DNA of 31,670 nt from contig JBGFRZ010000009.1 in assembly GCA_041694835.1 (NCBI GenBank), positions 1-31,670 of the forward strand, in the 5' to 3' direction. The notes under the pieces are model-generated. The model saw nothing but the letters and a program-made list of their open reading frames with translations, was not told the origin of the DNA and made no database searches. Below, piece by piece: positions 26,649-31,670 of this stretch. Source of the DNA: Ignavibacteria bacterium (GTDB taxonomy: Bacteria > Elusimicrobiota > Endomicrobiia > PHAN01). The first letter of the stretch is position 1; each line of letters begins with the position of its first letter. The translations under genes were made by a program, and so were the position numbers.

Positions 26649-27791
26649 TTAGTTATTGGGAACGGGGGGATTTATAGACGGGTTCTTAATTACCTTAACC
26701 ACATAGCCACCTTTACTTAATCGCCGCCTATTGGCGCCGCAGGTCTCTCTCACAACGAGTTTTACCGGCAGAATTTCTTTTATCTGTCCATCAGCGCTAT
26801 CCTCTATCTGTTTAATGAGTTCTTCACAGGCAACTTTGCCCATTTGATAGATGTTATATTCGACTGTGGTCAGCATCGAATCCCCCGCGGCAGACATTCT
26901 TATATTGTCCATACCGACAACTGCAATATCATCAGGAACTTTTAACTTTTTTTCTTCTACTGCTCTTATAGCGCCGAGTGCCATTAAATCGTTGCCGGCA
27001 AATACCGCTGTTGGGCGAGCAATAACACCACGACTTGCTTCCTTTCCGAATCGTCTAATTGTTACATCGCCACATCGCTCCAATAACTTACACATCGCCT
27101 GATAACCCGTTTTTTCGTCGAAATCCGCTTTAAGTATTATTGATTTGTCCACAGGTATGCCTGCTTCTCTAAGTGCTTTTTTATAGCCCATGAATCTATC
27201 TTGTGCGCTAACTACTTTGAAATTGCCGGTGATAAACGCAATCCTTCTATGTCCAAGTTCAATCAGGTGCCTTGTTGCCAAATAGCCGCCAGTTAAGTTG
27301 TCGCCAATGACATAACTCAAATTTAATTCTGGTATGTATGAACCCACCTGGATAAATGGCATATTGTCTTTTTCAAAATCAATCAGGTAAGCATCATCTA
27401 AAGTTGAACCTACATATAACATTCCATCAATAGTTCGTTCTTTGAATAATTGTAGATATTTTTTATAGAAGCAAAATTCATAAGTTGCGGCTTCAAGCAA
27501 GATTTTATAGTCGTTCTTCGATGCATAATCGTAAATACCACTTAAGACCTCACCAAAAAACGGATTTGAAAATATGTGCGATATATGAGGAACTACAACG
27601 CAAAGTGCTTTTGTATTGTTTGTAGATAACATCCTCGCCGCAATGTTTGGATAATAACCTGATTGTTTGATGACTCTGAGCACTCGTCTTTTTGTTGCTC
27701 TTGAAATTCTTGAACTGCCAGATAACACCAGTGACACAGTCGCAGTCGATACGCCGCATTGTTTTGCGATATCAGATAGTTTTACTGTCAT
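26649..27791 (-). CDS. LacI-family transcriptional regulator
   Basis: LSDIAKQCGVSTATVSLVL HTH, YYPNIAA hinge, LIELGHRRIAFI, PTAVFAGNDLMALG, VPDDIAVVGMD. Confidence 0.95.
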   Translation of the reverse strand: MTVKLSDIAKQCGVSTATVSLVLSGSSRISRATKRRVLRVIKQSGYYPNIAARMLSTNNTKALCVVVPHISHIFSNPFFGEVLSGIYDYASKNDYKILLEAATYEFCFYKKYLQLFKERTIDGMLYVGSTLDDAYLIDFEKDNMPFIQVGSYIPELNLSYVIGDNLTGGYLATRHLIELGHRRIAFITGNFKVVSAQDRFMGYKKALREAGIPVDKSIILKADFDEKTGYQAMCKLLERCGDVTIRRFGKEASRGVIARPTAVFAGNDLMALGAIRAVEEKKLKVPDDIAVVGMDNIRMSAAGDSMLTTVEYNIYQMGKVACEELIKQIEDSADGQIKEILPVKLVVRETCGANRRRLSKGGYVVKVIKNPSINPPVPNN

Positions 27792-27946
27792 TTTATGCCA
27801 CCCATTAAAGGGAAAGGCTCTATAATTTATCGACGGAAGGCCGATAGCACAGAAAAGTTATTAAATCATTTACAACTTGATTTTCTCCCCGCCTGTGCGG
27901 GCAGGTCGGTGTTTCTGCTGCTCTTAATTATTAACCCCGCTTTATA

Positions 27947-28037
27947 GTTAATCGATTAACTGCATTTTATTTCTAATCTACAATTCAGAATTGAACAAAC
28001 CCGCCTTTATTGTAGCGAAAAAAGAAATGTTTGTCAA
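27947..28037 (-). promoter_or_regulatory. Regulator-gene promoter plus perfect operator 3
   Basis: GTTAATCGATTAAC perfect palindrome (27947-27960); minus strand TTGACA (28032-37)-17-TACAAT (28009-14). Confidence 0.75.
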
Positions 28038-28065
28038 GATTTTTTAAAAGTCTCAGTTAATGTTA

Positions 28066-28120
28066 GTCAATCGGTTAACTTATGCCGCCTGTATCATGCA
28101 AGAAAGAAGACTTTTGTCAA
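28066..28120 (-). promoter_or_regulatory. Operator 4 with weaker upstream promoter
   Basis: GTCAATCGGTTAAC (28066-28079); minus strand TTGACA-16-CATGAT. Confidence 0.6.
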
Positions 28121-28414
28121 ATTCCTGATTTAAATTCCGCTCAACGATTTTGTTCATGCTGTTTTAAATGCCCTCGCTTGTAAACAACACGCTAAAATCT
28201 AACAGTTAGTAGAACGCTCTGCCACCCTTCTGTAATGTCCCCCGTTTGTCAAGCAAAAAATAAGTTAGAACTTTTTGAAGCTGTCCCATTTCCGCCAACT
28301 CATCTTCACGTCTTTTTTTCTGCCCGTTTTTTTCTTTGAGCGGGCTCTTTTTAGAGGCTTCTTTCGGCTTATTTTTACGCCTTTGTTAATGGGGGACAGT
28401 ATAATCAAATATTT

Positions 28415-29452
28415 CTAACGAGGCTTAATTGGTAGGTTCACAGTAAACTTCGAGCCCGCCCCTGAGGCGCTTTTAACATTTATTTGTCCGTTATGCAGTT
28501 GAACAATATGTTTTACGATTGAAAGCCCCAGTCCCGTTCCCCCAAGTTTTCTGGAATGCGACTTATCTACGACAAAAAATCTTTCAAAAATACGACTTAG
28601 ATATTTTTTGGGTATTCCTATGCCCGTGTCTCTTATCTCAAGAATAATATATTTGCCTTTTTGCCTTACCGATATTTTAATTTCTCCCGTTTCAGTATAC
28701 TTAACGGCATTATCAATTAAGTTAATAAGAAGTTGTTCCAACTTAAAAGAATCCGCTCTTAAGGTCGGGGTATTTTTGTTGATATTGAGTTTTAAATTCA
28801 ATTTTTTTGCCATTATTTTTTCTTCAAACAATTTGGCGACACTTTCAATCAATTCCACTATGTTTAAATTTTCCAACTCTAACCTGGTGTCTTTTTCTTC
28901 AAGTTCCGACAATATAAGCAGATCCTGAACTATTCTCACCAACCTATCTGTATTGATTTTTATTATGTCAACATAATGCCGACATTTTTCGTCGACTTCA
29001 TCTTCAAGGGTTTCAGCGAACCCCTTTATTGCCGTCAGAGGAGTTCTCAATTCATGCGACACATTTGTCACAAAATCCTTTTTTATTTTTTCTATATTTT
29101 TCAACTCGGTTATGTCGTGAAACAATAGAACCACCTCTTCGTTTTTATGCAAAAAAGTCGCACTGCACAAAAATGTTTTGTTGTTCAATAATATTTCTCT
29201 TACCAGGTTTTTTTTTCGAGTTATTACATTGTTTATCAAGTCATCAAATTCAATTCCGACTAAAACTTCCCGATAATGTTTGTTTTCTATATTTTGACTT
29301 TCGGATATTTTCCTGAAACTATCGTTAGTCAATAAAATAACCCCTTTTTTATCTATTAAAAGCAGCCCTTCTTGAATTGAAGAAATAATGTTGTCGAGCA
29401 ATTCTTTTTGGTGTGAGAGTTTCTCGAATATTTTTTTCATTTGCCTGGTCAT
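28415..29452 (-). CDS. phoR: PhoR-like sensor histidine kinase (PAS-HisKA-HATPase) lacking TM/HAMP N-terminus
   Basis: DFVTNVSHELRTPLT H-box, NLIDNAVKY, DTGIGI, RIFERFF.VDK.HSR..GGTGLGLSIVKH. Confidence 0.8.
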   Translation of the reverse strand: MTRQMKKIFEKLSHQKELLDNIISSIQEGLLLIDKKGVILLTNDSFRKISESQNIENKHYREVLVGIEFDDLINNVITRKKNLVREILLNNKTFLCSATFLHKNEEVVLLFHDITELKNIEKIKKDFVTNVSHELRTPLTAIKGFAETLEDEVDEKCRHYVDIIKINTDRLVRIVQDLLILSELEEKDTRLELENLNIVELIESVAKLFEEKIMAKKLNLKLNINKNTPTLRADSFKLEQLLINLIDNAVKYTETGEIKISVRQKGKYIILEIRDTGIGIPKKYLSRIFERFFVVDKSHSRKLGGTGLGLSIVKHIVQLHNGQINVKSASGAGSKFTVNLPIKPR

Positions 29453-29478
29453 ATCGTATTGATTTTTATATTTTCAGA

Positions 29479-30045
29479 ACGCGGATTTTTCGCGGATGAA
29501 TCAGGATTAAGGATTAAGACGCTCTCTTCATTCGCTTTAAGAATTAAGTTATGGTCTGCTGACGCTTCGCTAAAATTCACCACAGAGACACAGAGAAAAA
29601 ACACAGAGTTCAAATCTCCGTCGGTAGTTTCTCTGTGATACTTTCATTTTTCGGAGTGTTTCTGCTGTGCCCCGTTAGAAATACCAAAAGGGTTGAAGCA
29701 TTAACAGACAGCATCTACTTATCCCGCCTTGGCGGGATAACCCATAATTTCTAACGGGGTGAAGTAAAAGGTTTTATTTTTGTAATAAACTGCAAGGTTT
29801 TTACATAAGAATAGCAAAAAATCGCGCACTTTGAGCGCTGTTTTTATGGTTTCAGTTGTTTAATTCCCGTCGTAGTGCTCGAATTTTTAGCATTTTTCAG
29901 TAAGCCCTAAGTTAAATTGTAACTACTTACCACGAAAGCACGAAAAAACAATTTCGTGTCTTCGTGGTTAAGGTTTTTAAAAAAGTTTTTTTCTTATCAC
30001 TTAATCCTTAATTCTTAAACCCGTCTTTTCTGCGTTCACCTGCGT
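29479..30045. repeat. Nested set of palindromic / REP-like elements
   Basis: Outer inverted pairs 29479-29518 vs 30000-30045; inner CACAGAG../CTCTGTG (29578-29637), MITE 29670-29759, ACCACGAA.../TTCGTGGT hairpin (29929-29968). Confidence 0.65.
29670..29759. mobile_element. Small MITE with CCCCGTTAGAAAT termini, copy B
   Basis: Same 13-bp TIRs as 5648-5728; contains hairpin TTATCCCGCCTTGGCGGGATAA; flanks TGTG/TGAA are not a clean duplication. Confidence 0.7.
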
Positions 30046-30058
30046 CCAATTAGTTTTT

Positions 30059-30748
30059 TTATTCTTCTATTTTATAGCCAATGCCTCTGATGTTTTTTAT
30101 GAATTTGCCGGCTTTGCCTAATTTTTCGCGAAGGTTTTTGATATGAACATCTATCGTCCTGTCAATGACCGCTTTTTCCTGCCCCCAGAGCTCATCCAAC
30201 AATTTGTCTCTGCTGTATACCATGCCCTTTTTCGCTGAAAGAATTTCCAAAATTTTGAATTCTGTTGTAGTTAAATTTATTTTTTTGCCTTCAATAAAAA
30301 CCTCATATTTTTCTAAATCAATTAAAATCATACCGCCAACTTCTCTTTTTTTTGTTTTGTCCTTTATCTCTTGTCTTCTCAAAACTGCTTTTACCCTCGC
30401 CACAAGTTCTCTCGGGGAAAATGGTTTTGTTACATAGTCGTCCGCACCCAACTCCAATCCCAGGAGTTTGTCGACCTCTTCGCCTTTTGACGTAAGCATT
30501 ATCACCGGAATTGAAGAAAATTTATCGTTGGATTTTAGACACTTGCATATTTCATAACCGTCGGTATTAGGTAGCATTATATCTAGTATTATTAGTTGGG
30601 GGGGGTGTTTTTCTATAAACCTTAAAAAGTCCCTGGGGTCAAGAAATTCTTTGGTATTATATCCCGCTTTTTTGAGATGTAACGAGAGAAGTTCAAGTAT
30701 GTCCCGCTCGTCATCAACAACTGCTATCAATTTGCCTGTTTTTTCCAT
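30059..30748 (-). CDS. phoB: OmpR/PhoB-family response regulator
   Basis: VVDDE, ILDIMLP, LGADDYVTKPFSPREL, RTIDVHIKNLREKL...IRGIGY; upstream of phoR-like kinase (symbol by context). Confidence 0.8.
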   Translation of the reverse strand: MEKTGKLIAVVDDERDILELLSLHLKKAGYNTKEFLDPRDFLRFIEKHPPQLIILDIMLPNTDGYEICKCLKSNDKFSSIPVIMLTSKGEEVDKLLGLELGADDYVTKPFSPRELVARVKAVLRRQEIKDKTKKREVGGMILIDLEKYEVFIEGKKINLTTTEFKILEILSAKKGMVYSRDKLLDELWGQEKAVIDRTIDVHIKNLREKLGKAGKFIKNIRGIGYKIEE

Positions 30749-30800
30749 AGTTTTTTCGGCGCCCCCTATCTACTACTTACTATCTACTATTTTCAGCGTG

Positions 30801-31352
30801 TCACAACTTCGGTAGCGTCAATTTATTTTGTTTTTGATATTTCCCATTTTTATCAGCGTAAGAAGTTTCGCAGGGCTCGTCGCTTTCAAAAAAAATAACC
30901 TGTGATATGCCTTCATTTGAATAAATTTTCGCTGGAAGCGGGGTCGTGTTTGAGATTTCGAGAGTGACAAATCCTTCCCACTCAGGTTCAAAGGGAGTAA
31001 CATTGACTATTATGCCGCATCTTGCATAAGTGGATTTTCCGACGCAGATAGTCAATATGCTTCTTGGTATGCGAAAATATTCCACTGACCTTGCCAATGC
31101 AAATGAGTTGGGTGGAATAATACAGTATTTCCCCCTGACACTGACTAGATTTTTTTTATCAAAATTTTTAGGGTCAACAATAGTGGAGTTTACATTTGTA
31201 AAAATACAGTATTCATCGCTGACCCGCATATCGTAACCATAAGATGAAAGTCCGTATGAAATCGCATTTTTTCTGATTTGCTTTTCACAGAACGGTTCAA
31301 TCATCTTTTTTTCAATTGCCATCTTTTTAATCCACTTATCATTTTTTAGCAT
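30801..31352 (-). CDS. dcd: dCTP deaminase
   Basis: [58 protein letters not shown]. Confidence 0.97.
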   Translation of the reverse strand: MLKNDKWIKKMAIEKKMIEPFCEKQIRKNAISYGLSSYGYDMRVSDEYCIFTNVNSTIVDPKNFDKKNLVSVRGKYCIIPPNSFALARSVEYFRIPRSILTICVGKSTYARCGIIVNVTPFEPEWEGFVTLEISNTTPLPAKIYSNEGISQVIFFESDEPCETSYADKNGKYQKQNKLTLPKL

Positions 31353-31373
31353 ATTTCTACCCGAAATTATTAT

Positions 31374-31549
31374 GAGCTCGTTGAAAAACCTTAATCTTTT
31401 GAACGATTTGGCAGTTTTAGGTTAAAAGTTGAAATCGTTTAGACCGCAATGTCCGACGAGCAAAGCGAGGAGTTTTGCGGTCTGATTGAAACTTTTAACC
31501 GTTAAGAAACTGCTCTTTAAGTGAAAAAGATGGGTTTTTCAATAATCTC
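31374..31549. mobile_element. 176-bp palindromic MITE, copy 2
   Basis: Two substitutions relative to 374-549; 5-bp direct repeat ATTAT (31369-73 / 31550-54). Confidence 0.9.
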
Positions 31550-31578
31550 ATTATACAAGAAAATGTAAGAATTTTCAA
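31550..31578 (-). promoter_or_regulatory. Putative dcd promoter
   Basis: Minus strand TTGAAA-17-TATAAT immediately abutting the MITE. Confidence 0.65.
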
Positions 31579-31608
31579 GAAAACCTATTTTTAACATAAT
31601 TTACCGAC

Positions 31609-31647
31609 AAAAAAAAGAGCACCCTGAAATGGATTCAGAGTGCTCTT
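31609..31647 (-). terminator. Intrinsic terminator of an upstream minus-strand transcript
   Basis: AAGAGCAC..CTGAA / TTCAG..GTGCTCTT stem with adjacent A-run (U-tract on minus strand). Confidence 0.7.
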
Positions 31648-31670
31648 GCTATTTAATAGCAGACATCTTT

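Noticed and set aside
696-31236. Numerous 60-160 aa ORFs overlapping the long genes
   Set aside because: Shadow frames antisense to or nested in well-supported CDSs, with no motifs
374-31549. The two MITE copies as ends of a 31-kb composite transposon
   Set aside because: Each copy has its own 5-bp duplication, indicating independent insertions, and the interval includes housekeeping dcd; the exact 31,000-bp offset is taken as coincidence

Overview
Bacterial window with all protein genes on the minus strand; gene style suggests Elusimicrobiota, but that is inference only. It has three blocks. (1) A type II-C-like CRISPR-Cas locus: cas9-cas1-cas2, a compact tracrRNA and a 3-repeat array transcribed opposite to the cas genes, with a perfect extended -10 box in every repeat. 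(2) A LacI-controlled cluster: a 5422-aa secreted protein (three GH57-like catalytic regions, starch-binding-like modules, many Fn3 domains, C-terminal DUF11), two paralogous secreted proteins and a PorV/UPF0164-like barrel. The DUF11 domains stop before their last Asn-bearing strand, while the two small proteins start with a matching strand. This suggests an undescribed donor-strand/isopeptide fibre (tip enzyme, shaft, anchor, barrel). (3) An N-terminally truncated phoR-like kinase, a phoB-like regulator and dcd. Intergenic DNA carries several MITE families, including a 176-bp hairpin MITE whose two copies both sit at TTGTATAAT -10 boxes, plus 7/8-mer tandem repeats that also occur in frame inside genes.
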